Both the position numbers and the translations under genes were made by a program. A stretch of 64,000 nt of DNA from the NCBI RefSeq assembly GCF_018350175.1, contig NC_058382.1, forward strand, positions 59,088,001 to 59,152,000, given 5' to 3'. The DNA comes from Felis catus. Its lineage: Eukaryota. Under the pieces are notes generated by a model, which was given only the letters and a program-made list of their open reading frames with translations, had not been told where the DNA came from and did not search any database. Positions 13,190 to 22,990 of the stretch are shown piece by piece; within the stretch, counting starts at the first letter, position 1; every line of letters starts with the position of its first letter.

Positions 13190-13623
13190 GGGGCTCCTGG
13201 GTGGCTCAGTTGGTTACGCATCCGACTTCGGTTCAGGTCATGATCTCGCGGTCTGTGAGTTCGAGCCCGGACTCGGGCTCTGTGCTGATGGCTCGGAGTC
13301 TGGATTCCCCTTCGGGTTCTGTGTCTCCCTCTCTCTCTGCCCCTCCCCTGCTCATGTTCTGTGTCCCTCTCGCTTAAAAATACATAAACGTTGGGGCGCC
13401 TGGGTGGCGCAGTCGGTTAAGCGTCCGACTTCAGCCAGGTCACGATCTCGCGGTCCGTGAGTTCGAGCCCCGCGTCAGGCTCTGGGCTGACGGCTCAGAG
13501 CCTGGAGCCTGTTTCTGATTCTGTGTCTCCCTCTCTCTCTGCCCCTCCCCCGTTCATGCTCTGTCTCAAAAAATAAATAAACGTTGAAAAAAAATACATA
13601 AACGTTAAAAAAATTTTAAAAAA
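13190..13623 (+). mobile_element. Older Can-SINE (body 13190-13392, rest of tail 13607-13623)
   Basis: GGGGCTCCTGGGTGGCTCAG start, B box, (CT)n; diverged TSD beginning GAAAGATCA on both sides. Confidence 0.9.
13393..13589 (+). mobile_element. Young feline Can-SINE inserted in the tail of the older SINE
   Basis: Intact A box TGGCGCAGTCGG and B box; perfect 17-bp TSD AAAAATACATAAACGTT at 13376-13392 and 13590-13606. Confidence 0.96.
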
Positions 13624-13954
13624 GAAAGATCACATTTCAGATAAAGCACTTTTATTCGGAATATATAAGAATGCTTGAAACCCTGTCGTAAGAGAACCAG
13701 CAACTCGATGTAAGCAGGGGTAAAATATTTGAAGAAGTACATCACGGGAGAAGATCTGTGGATGGAAAATAACCCCCAAAGAGACGTCCCACATGGTGAG
13801 TTGTTTGGGAAATGCAGATTTAAACCCCAGTGAGGTGCCTCCACACCGCTGGGTAGGCGGCCACGATGAGAGTCTGGACACACCCAAGCTGGCCAGGGTA
13901 TGGGGGGCAGGGGCGCACGTGTCGGTGGGAGTGCAGAACGGAGCAGCCACTTTG

Positions 13955-15050
13955 ACGTCCAGAACTTTCCTGCGATTCTCGTGTAGAGTTTCCACCTCTC
14001 CACTTGCGTTGCCCACCTGTTCCTGCATGCCGTGCACCTTTGTCCGCGGGAGCCCTTCGCACCCCAGTCGTGGTTATTATAAGTGCCCCGCTCTCTCGCT
14101 CTCCCTCAAGTCTGTGTAAATCCGAGGCCTGTTCTGAGGCTTGCTTTGTCCCTCGAGCATGTGTTTTCTCGCCTTTTCAGATGAGTTGTCATTTTCTGTT
14201 GAAAGCCAGACACGGCGCGTCGGGTCATAGAAACAGAGGGAGATAGTGTGAGGTTCCGGGATGATCTGGCTGGGAGCTGGGCTGGGCTCAATGTTCCTGC
14301 GGCTGCAGGTGCTTCGGCTTCAAACTCTGTGTCTCCACTGCTGCCCGTGGGCTTCCCTAACAGTTCTTCCTCCCGTGGGGTCTGTGTCTTACAGCTCCTC
14401 CACTGCAATACGCTGATTCTCTACCGGAGGCTGTGGGGTGGTGGTAAGGTTTGGGGAGGGCGTTGTTGCATAAATTCATGATTCAACCTCGGTCTTGCAG
14501 TGGGTCTGTGTCCTTGGGCTGTGACTGTCTCAGAAGTTTCAAGCTTATTTTCCCTCCTAAGGTGAGACCGGAAGGCTAGAATCGTAGCCCGTCCTCCCCC
14601 GAAGAGACAAACATCTGGTAGTCTCTTGTCCCGGAGGGTAGGACTTCGTTGCGCAGAATGCTCTGGGCGTGATTCAAAATGGCGACTTTCCCCTTCTCCC
14701 TGCAGAGTGAAGAGGGGATCTTTCTCAGTTCTTCATGGCGAGACCCTGGTGGGGTTTCTGGGGTAGAACCCACGAGGGTACAAAAGTCTCTAAGACTGCA
14801 CCCCTGGGACTTTCTCGTCCTCACACTAACTGACGCCTGGCCTCCAGCAAGTTGTCTTGTAAATGTTCCCATGAGTTTACGGCTCCAGCAGCTTCTGTTC
14901 CAAGGACGCAGACCTTGTTTGCGACTCTGACGGTTTGCCCTGTGATCCCGTTCTCTGATATGTCTGAGAAAAGTCATTGGTTTTTGGGTTGTTAGGCAAG
15001 AAGGGGAGTGATTCCAAGCTTTTTACATGTCAGGCTGGAAACTGGAAGTC
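13955..15050 (-). mobile_element. L1MD/L1MC-type 5' UTR plus start of ORF1, antisense
   Basis: Reverse complement begins GACTTCCAGTTTCCAGCCTGACATGTAAAAAGCTTGGAATCACTC, resembling the L1MD 5' terminus as I recall it; 13965-14250 resembles antisense ORF1-proximal sequence. Confidence 0.7.
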
Positions 15051-15088
15051 AGTACACGACCACTTTGGAAAACAGTTTGGCAATCTCT

Positions 15089-15323
15089 CTTTTTTTTTTT
15101 TTTTAAGTTTTTTTTTTCAACGTTTTTATTTTATTTTTGGGACAGAGAGAGACAGAGCATGAATGGGGGAGGGGCAGAGAGAGAGGGAGACACAGAATCC
15201 GAAACAGGCTCCAGGCTCCGAGCCATCAGCCCAGAGCCCGACGCGGGGCTCGAACTCACAGACCGCGAGATCGTGACCTGGCTGAAGTCGGACGCTTAAC
15301 CGACTGCGCCACCCAGGCGCCCC
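15089..15323 (-). mobile_element. Young feline Can-SINE
   Basis: Full length; perfect 16-bp TSD CAGTTTGGCAATCTCT at 15073-15088 and 15324-15339. Confidence 0.97.
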
Positions 15324-16039
15324 CAGTTTGGCAATCTCTTAAGAGGTTAGATGTATACCCACCATATGATCTGGCCATTCCACTCCTAGGCATTTACCCA
15401 AGATAAATGAAAGCATATGCACGTAGCAGTTTTATTTATAATAACCTCAGACGTCCATGAACACATGAGTGGCATATCCATATACCAGACTACCACTCAG
15501 CCCTCAGAGGCAGAATGAACTATTGGCACGTACTACAACATAGGTATCTCCCAAAATAACTATGCCAAATGAAAGAAGCCAGACAAAAAAGAGTGCAGGG
15601 TTTATGATTCCATGCACAGAAAATTCCAGAACTCCATAGTGACAGAAAACAGATCAATGGCTGCCACGGGATCAGGGCACCGCTAGGTAGGGGAGTAGGA
15701 GGGACAGACTGCAAAGGGCCACGAGGAAACTTTGGGGGGATGGCTATGTTCATTTTCTGGATTGCAGTCACGGTTTCGCAGGCACGTATATTTGTCAAAA
15801 CTTATCAACTGCTATGCTTTAATGGGTGCTGTTTGTTCTATCCCAATTATACCTCAATAAAGCCCTTTTTAAAAAAGGAATCTGAACAAAGAAACATCAC
15901 CTTCTGAGAGACTGTTTTTCTTTTCTAACAGGAAGGCACATGAGAAGTCAAATCGAGTCCAGACAATAGAGATGTCCGACTGTGTTTCCCAGCCCTGAGG
16001 CGGAGTGCCATTCACAAACGTGGCTACCCTGGCATCTCG

Positions 16040-16290
16040 AGGTCACGGTCTTCCATGGCTCGACTTGCCTTTGTCCCCTCCATGTGAATCTGGGGGCCTG
16101 AGACCGTCAACCGAATATAGTGGAAGTCAAGCTGCAGGAAGTCCGAGGCCAGGTCCTAACGGGCCCCCTGGCTTCCCCTGGTTCTCCGGAGACTCCTGCT
16201 CTGGGGGAAGCCAACCCTGAGCAAGAAGTGTGACCCCTGCGACCGTCGTGCTGGAGAGGCCACGTGTGGGCCGGTGAGTGACCATCTGGT
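16040..16290 (+). mobile_element. ERVL-MaLR LTR fragment (MLT1F/G/H-like)
   Basis: 'CCCCTCCATGTGAATCTGGG...GAATATAGTGGAAGT...GCTCTGGGGGAAGCCA...AAGAAGTGTGACCCCTGCGACCGTCGTGCTG'. Confidence 0.6.
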
Positions 16291-18374
16291 GCTCACATTC
16301 ACGTCTCAAACTCCAAGCCCAGGGCTCCGGTCTCAGGGTATCTCGTGCCCGCTGGGCCGCGTGTCAGCCCCTGCTCAGTTCTGTCCCCTCTTAATGGGTC
16401 CACGACAATCTCAACCATCTAGGCTGCTGTTTCCAATTCAAGTTGTCAATCTTCCAAAAGCAAATCTACTTATTAGAATAGTGTGATCGGGCCTGTATGT
16501 ATGAGTGTTCAATGCCAGTTCAAGCAACCTGCTTTCAATCTGGCGGACAAATCCCACCTGTGTGCCGTATGACCACGACTTTGTCTTTACGGCATTACCC
16601 CAAGCAGCGAGTCTTTAAAAAAGTTCTAGAAAGAGCGCAACAGGCTCACCCACGTGTATTTCCTTTCAGTTTCAACCTGTGCAGTCTGAACAGCCCCTGT
16701 GAGTATCTGCTGTGTTACTGGTTTCCTTCTTCCCCTTTGATGCCAGGGACCTCGGTAGACCAGTAAGCCACAGCTGGGAATGCATTCAGAGACCATTAGT
16801 ACAGGAAGCACGGTGGAATCCAAGGAAACCGTGAACCAGTGAGTTGGAAAACAGTCTATGAAAGGCCTTTTCAGGCTGTTTCTTTCAGGAGGAGTTTGTT
16901 TTTGGATTAAAGGAGTTTATTCTATTCAGGTATTCACGAATACCCAGGCTCTCTGCACCAGCTGGAATGTGGAAACCCCTCAGTCATAATCAATTGCCGT
17001 AGAGGGGACTGGCATGTTCCGACCGGGGAATACATGGATGAAAGAGGCGTAATTAGGTGACGCGCCTTCAAAGGAGATGAAAAGCCCAAAACATCCTCAA
17101 AAACGCAGGCAAAAAAATACCCCGAGATCACTACGCTCTTTATTTTGGAAGTAGCAGCTCCCATAAAGGACTAGGTGTCAACGGCATGGTGTGTAGTGAG
17201 GTCTTGGCCTGGGTTTCTTTCTTTCTTGTTTCTTTCCCTGCTCGGGGGAAAAAATGATGGAAATGTCACTCCTGCAGTCCCTCCACTCCCAGCAAATGCT
17301 GTCAACGGCTCGCTCTTGAACCGGAGACTCTGAACCACGCCGATGCCTTACCGGGCCTCCACCCACGGGTAGGACAGGGGGCCCAGCGCTTGGCGGCATA
17401 CCTGTTTGAGCCCCCTGCCCCTGCCGCGTGCATCACGGCTTTCTCTGAATGGCTCGTTTATATCCTTGACTCCTCTGGTTAACAAACAGCGCCCTTTCTC
17501 TGCTGATGTTGCCAAGAAAACACACCAAGTTCCGCCATCTTCTTGACGTTCCTTCTCCCTGGACAATTCTTATTCTCTGATCTCGTCGGATAGAGGAGAT
17601 TGGCAGATTCTGATCACGAAGGGGTTTTGTAGCCAGGGTCCCCCCTCCCGTCCCCCACTCATTTTCAGACGAGAAGACGGAGCCCCCGGGGAGCTTGTGT
17701 GACTTCCTCTGAGGAGCAGGTCCAGAGCCAAAATAGAAACTGGGGGGTGGGGTGGTCTGACCCCCAAGTGAGTACTTTTCCTACTGCTCAAACTACTCCT
17801 TCTCAACTTCCCTTTATTTTTAATGCTTTCATGGACATACTCTGACTGTGTTGTGGCGATCATTAACACATATTTAAATAATTATGGAAAAATCCGCATT
17901 TTATGCATCCTTAAGCACTTTGACCTCTGGGTTTCTGCAGCTGGATGTGATGGGGCGTCAGCTTTGGCACATTTCAATTAGTGTTCTAACTGCTTCTTTG
18001 CCCCTGTGGTCTTGAAGCAGCCCGCACGGCACACCTGCCTTATTGAGCTCAGCGTCCCCAAAAACGCTTACACACACACTTGGCTTTTTCTTCTTCTTCT
18101 CTCCCTCACCCCCCTTCTCCTTCCTGGCTGCATTCGAGAGTGCAGAATGAATGTGCTATTGAAGGCCACTTTGACAACACCACTAAATAAGGATTCCTCT
18201 TGGCTGGCAGAATTTTTTCCAGTTCAGACCAGGGCTACACAGAAAGGGATGAAAAGTACCCATCAGCCAAAGCAGTGGTTATGGCTTGAGGTAGGAGGAC
18301 ACACAGACAGGGGCCCTGCGTAGACAAAGAAGACATATATATCTACCTGCAGAAATGTATATGTGTATATTTAG

Positions 18375-18430
18375 ATATCTATCTGCCTGCCTATCTGTCT
18401 ATCTATGTGTCTATCTATCTATCTATCTCT
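18375..18430. repeat. (TCTA)n-like microsatellite, imperfect
   Basis: Direct reading. Confidence 0.85.
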
Positions 18431-18454
18431 TCCGCCTCAAGCCATATGTACGGC

Positions 18455-18900
18455 CAAGAATGGAATCGCACTGTTTTGTGTTGTGCTTTTCCAGAGTACA
18501 TTAGATTACGCTCATTTTCCTTATCAATCCATCTGAAGTTAATGGCATCACCCTTCGTCATACGGATGCACCATCAGCTTTAAAACCAAGTGTCTACTGT
18601 TGAACCCATGGACCTCACGTCTCTGATGTATTTGTTTCGTGGATTTAATTTTGGTGCTGTTGACAGCATCCCGTAAACACCTTTTTAGTCTAGTCCGAAT
18701 ATTCCCTTGGGACAACTTTCTACGAGTCTTATCCTAAAGGGCTCGGCACTCTTAAAACCTGGATACGTGTTGCTCCTGAGAAAGGTGGGGGCGGTTTAGA
18801 ATCCCACCGCCTGTGTTAGGGGATGTGCCCTCTCCCCCACAGCCTCTGTCAGTACCGTGCATTGTCCTTCAAAGCAGTCTTTGTCTATAAAATTTTGAAA
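18455..18900 (-). mobile_element. Degraded L1ME-like fragment, antisense
   Basis: 'ATACGGATGCACCATCAG...GAATATTCCCTTGGGACAACTTTCTACGAGT...GGTTTAGAATCCCACCGCC' resembles an antisense L1 3' region. Confidence 0.5.
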
Positions 18901-19011
18901 TGTCCCATCGATTGAGGAGGTGACATATAGAACATAAGGAGAAGCAGGAGCAGGAGATCTGGATTCGATTGGTGAAGATAATTGTGGCCCTCATTTACCT
19001 GTCCAGGACTT

Positions 19012-19228
19012 TAAAAAAAAATTTTTTTTAAATGTTTGTTTATTTTTGAGATAGACAGAATGCGAGTGGAGAAGGGGCAGAGAGGGAGTCACAGAATCCG
19101 AAACAGGCTCCAGGCTCTGAGCTGTCAGCACGGACCCCGACGTAGGGCTCGAACCCACGGACGGACAGCAAGATCATGACCCGAGCCGAAGTTGGACGCC
19201 CAACCGACTGAGCCCCCCAGGCGCCCCC
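19012..19228 (-). mobile_element. Can-SINE
   Basis: Antisense SINE body; 15-bp TSD ACCTGTCCAGGACTT at 18997-19011 and 19229-19243. Confidence 0.95.
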
Positions 19229-20159
19229 ACCTGTCCAGGACTTCTTTCTAAGCAAGTGCTAGATGTTTTTCAGTTGCCTGCCAGGTGCACTCTTCTGGTG
19301 CCCCAAGAGACAGCGAAGGATTCCCTTGCCCTCTGGCCTCCAGCTGAGTTCGATCAGTTAGGCGCTGGTAGGGGATGGGGAGTCAGGAGGAGAGTTATCC
19401 CCCTGGACCGCTTCCTGCAGTAGTCCTTTGGATTGACTTTATCCCCTGACTAAAGCGACATGTTTGTTAGCCCTCTTCTGCAGGTACAGCTCTGTCCCCT
19501 GGCCTTGGTGACCAGGCCCCCCCTCCATCGTTAGCCTGGGGACGCATCTCCCTTGCTGGTTTCCTTTGTTAAACACTTCTCAGTGACCCTGTTTGACTGC
19601 ATCACCTACCTCTTCCTGCAACCCTGCCAGGCACCAAGGGATTGCCACAGTTCTCCTTAATTATTCTACATGCTGAACAAAGGTATATTTCAACACAGTA
19701 GAGGCGTAAATGGACAGACAGGAAAGATAAAACATCTCTGCACTGGAGAGGAAGAGAAGAGAGGGAAACCTCGTACATCCAAACAAGGCCGTCAACCGCG
19801 TCTGCGCCCAAGGTCCTGACTTGGCCCCCTTCCTGCATTTGCTATCTGGTCCTTGTTGGAGACACGACCGTCTACCCAACCAGCCAGGTCAGAAGTATGG
19901 CAGTCATCGAAGGTTCCTCCCTTTCCTGGTCGTCACCCACAAATAACCACCCAGCAGGGTCCCTAAATCCTGCCTACCAAGTGTGTGTCGCCTCCTACGT
20001 ACCCACCCCAAGTTCACCATTGCTAGAGCCTCCTAACTGGTCCTCAACTGCCATCTGGCACCAGCGTTCACCCCACACTCTGTCAAGTGCCCGTGGTGAT
20101 CCTTCTGGGTGAAAAAAATCGATGCTGCTACTCATCTCTGAAATAAGCTTTAATGGCTC

Positions 20160-20560
20160 TGTCTTAGTTTGGGTTTTCTGAAAGCAGAGCCTGAGACAAG
20201 GACTTGGTACGGGTGGTTTGTTTGGAGGATGGGGCCAGGAAGCAGGAGGGAGCGGGGGAGTGAGACGAGGGAAGAGGAAACTCAGCAGAGCGCACTCAGG
20301 AACGGTCACTGTCGGGGCCACTCCGAATTGTCTGGGGGGGCTGGCATCCAACCACTCACCCCTGCCCCACTGGCTGAGGGTTAACCCTGGGACTTTAACT
20401 GCCCTGCACTTCCGGGCAGCTGGGGGGCCTTCCCTGGGCTGGAGATAGCAAAGTGGAGAGATGCGGGATGCTGGGGAGTGCCAGGAACTGCCCATGACAA
20501 GGGTGCTGAAAGCAGGCGGCTGAAAGGGTGGCTCGCAGGCGTCACAAGCATCTGCGGCCA
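20160..20560 (-). mobile_element. ERVL LTR, LTR33-like
   Basis: 'TGTCTTAGTTTGGGTTTTCTGAAAGCAGAGCCTGAGACAAGGACTTG...GTGGTTTGTTTGGAGG...GTGAGACGAGGGAAG' matches recalled antisense LTR33. Confidence 0.7.
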
Positions 20561-20919
20561 CCTCCACCTCACGGCCAGGATGGAGCCCTTCGTGACTCAC
20601 CTCTTTTGTCTACCCTGCTTATGTCCTGATGTCCATCTCCCGTGTTCAAGGCCACCATTAGCCCACGTAATGCTTGTGCCTGTCAGAAAGTCACCTCTTC
20701 TAGGCAGCTTTGTATGTGTGCATCCTGATAAGCTTGGGTAGGCTGGAATCCACCCCACTGGCCTCTTGAGCTTGGCATCCTTGTATAGGACACAGCCTGA
20801 ACAACTGGATGGGGGTAGCCCTGAACATTAATCTCAGTCCAAGGAACCGCACAGCAGTCCCTGAATACACCAAACGGTTCACATTTCTACGACTCTCTGT
20901 ACTGTTCTTTGTGCTTAGA

Positions 20920-21470
20920 GCTTATTTGTCAAATAGTCACTGAGCATGTACTACGGGCCAGTCACTCCTGGAAGTGCTGGGAATACAGCATAGCACAAAG
21001 CACACGTGAAAATGCCAGCCCACGTAGAACTCACGCTGGAAGCGGGAACAGACCTCCAAAGAAATAAGTGAGGAGGCATATAGTATGCTGGATGGCATTG
21101 TCGTCTGCCACCCGGGAAAAGAAAGCAGGGGTGGAGGGCACGGGGGGAGGGGCGGCAATACTCAGTCCAGGTCAGAGAAGGTGACACTGGAGTGAAGACC
21201 TAAGGCTGGATGAATAGGAGAAGCGTTCCGGGAGGAGGCACGGCCAGGGCAAAGGCCCTGAGACAGCGCGCGGTGACGAGGACACATTCGGGCCGGAGCA
21301 GAGTGAGTGAGGGGAGAGCCAGGAAACTAGGTCAGAGAAGAAGGACGGGCAGCTGGGTGGATGGCGCGGGGCCTGGCCAGGGCCTCCGCCTCTACTCACC
21401 TCTACGCAGCGTGAGGGAGCAGGGAAGGGCTGGGGCACAGGAGGGGCGGGATCCAAGCCTCATCCTCACG
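20920..21470 (-). mobile_element. L2 fragment
   Basis: 'CACTGAGCATGTACTACGGGCCAG...GCTGGGAATACAGCA...GGTCAGAGAAGGTGACACTGGAGTGAAGACCTAAG...GGCAAAGGCCCTGAG'. Confidence 0.7.
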
Positions 21471-22109
21471 GGACCCCTGTCTCTTCATGCCCCCCGCCCC
21501 CGACTCATCTCTATAAACCCGGCAGAAGCCCTTTCAATCCCCACCCTGCCCTGCCCCACACCCGGGGTGGCTCGCACCCTGCCCGTCTTGGTAGGTCCCG
21601 TGCTGTATCCCGACGGGAGGGCGGGAGAGAGACGGGAACCCCCACCGGGGCCTCGGGGACCTGCTCCACTGGCCAGGCAAATGGCCTCCCGAAGAGACTC
21701 TTCCAGAATATCCATGGCGGAACTCTTTGGACGCAATAGAGAAAGACATGCCTCCTTGAGGATGGGGGCACTGAAAGGTGCGAAGGTTTCCCTTGTAAGA
21801 TCCAGTTTCCTGGTCTGTGAGGTGGGGGAATTGTATCTACTGTGGCCGGGGCGGCGCTCTCGTTAGCATCACGATGCACATTCTGGCTCACCCCGAGGGA
21901 GCGGCCCGGCGAGTCCCCGGGACGGACCCGGATTCCCGTTTCCATGCAACAACACGTAGCTTCTGGCACGAGCAGGACCACGTCGTCCTTAAACTGTCTC
22001 CTTGACACGTCAGGAGGGGAGATGAGGGGGAAAGTACTTCAACGAGGTGTTTTAGCAGAAGGCACACGGCGGGCTTTGAGGCTGGAGGTTTAAAGCCCCA
22101 TGGGACACA

Positions 22110-22990
22110 AAGCCACAGCAAGACGCCACGGCAGCCCCGTGGGGACGATGGCTGCTATCTGCAAGGTGGGAAGTACCACGTGTTGGCGAGGTCGGGGAGG
22201 AAGCGGAGCTCTGGGAAACAGTCGGGCAAAGCCCAGCTGGTTACGCAAAGCCGCCGTGTGGCCCAGCAACGCCACTTCTGGGTCTACAACCCCCCCCAAG
22301 GTTGAAAGCAGGAACTCAGACAGGTATTTATACACCTATGTCCACAGCAGCGCTATTCACAATACCCAAAAAGGTGGAAACGGGGGGTCTGGGTGGCTCA
22401 GTCCGACTCTTGGTTTCAGCTCAGGTCATGATCTCACGGTTCATGAGTTCGAGTCCTGCTTGGGATTCTCTCTCCCTCTCTCTCTTTGCTTCTCCCCCAC
22501 CCACATGCTCTCTGTCAAAGATAGAATAGAATAGAATAGAACGAAATGAAATGAAAAGCTGGGAGCCACCCAAGTGTCCGTCAACAGATGAATGCGTAAG
22601 CAAAACGTGGTCCATCCACACCGCGGAGTATTATTCAGCCATAAAAAGGAAGGAAACCCCGACCCCTGGAGGCGCCCGGCGGACATTATGCCGAATGAAG
22701 CAAGCCAGCTGCGTAGACTACACGCACTATGAATCCATTTCTGTGAGGAACGGACAGCGGTCAGACCCACGGACACAAAAGTAGACGGTGGGCACTGGCG
22801 GCTGGGGAGGGGGGTGGGGAGTCGGTGTCCAGTGGGGATGGAGTTTCTGTTCGGGAGCTGAGAAAGTTCTGGAGAAGGATGGTGGGGATGGGTGCACACG
22901 AATGTACTGAGAGCCACAGAACTGTACTGCCCAAAAATGGTTAAAACGGCAACATTTCACGGTATGTGAGTTCTTCCACAATTAGAAAAC
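22110..22990 (+). mobile_element. L1MB-like 3' end, interrupted by a SINE
   Basis: 'CACAGCAGCGCTATTCACAATACCCAAAAAGGTGGAAAC...CCCAAGTGTCCGTCAACAGATGAATG...TATTATTCAGCCATAAAAAGGAAGGA...AAAAATGGTTAAAA...CCACAATT'. Confidence 0.85.
22382..22553 (+). mobile_element. Older carnivore SINE with (ATAGA)n/(GAAAT)n tail
   Basis: SINE head, B box GTTCGAGTCC, (CT)n; diverged TSD AAAAGGTGGAAAC / AAAAGCTGGGAGC. Confidence 0.85.

Larger units (their letters stand above)
12380..15870 (+). mobile_element. Ancient L1 (L1M/L1ME1-like) ORF2 plus 3' UTR, decayed, internally deleted and interrupted by four younger insertions
   Basis: ORF-track peptide KKLPTEKMLVPCGFTGEVYQTVKE resembles L1 ORF2 '[23 protein letters not shown]'. 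12780-12900 resembles 'HMIISIDAEKAFDKIQHPF', 12915-12980 resembles 'KINSKWIKDLNVKPETIKLL', and 15340-15870 is an L1ME-type 3' end ending CAATTATACCTCAATAAAG. Frameshifts and stops throughout. Confidence 0.85.

Noticed and set aside
13393..13480. tRNA-like A and B boxes
   Set aside because: These are the heads of tRNA-derived Can-SINEs, not tRNA genes.
21210..22008. Overlapping ORFs on both strands (218 aa, 165 aa, 83 aa)
   Set aside because: The first part lies in an L2 remnant; no recognisable domain or exon structure.
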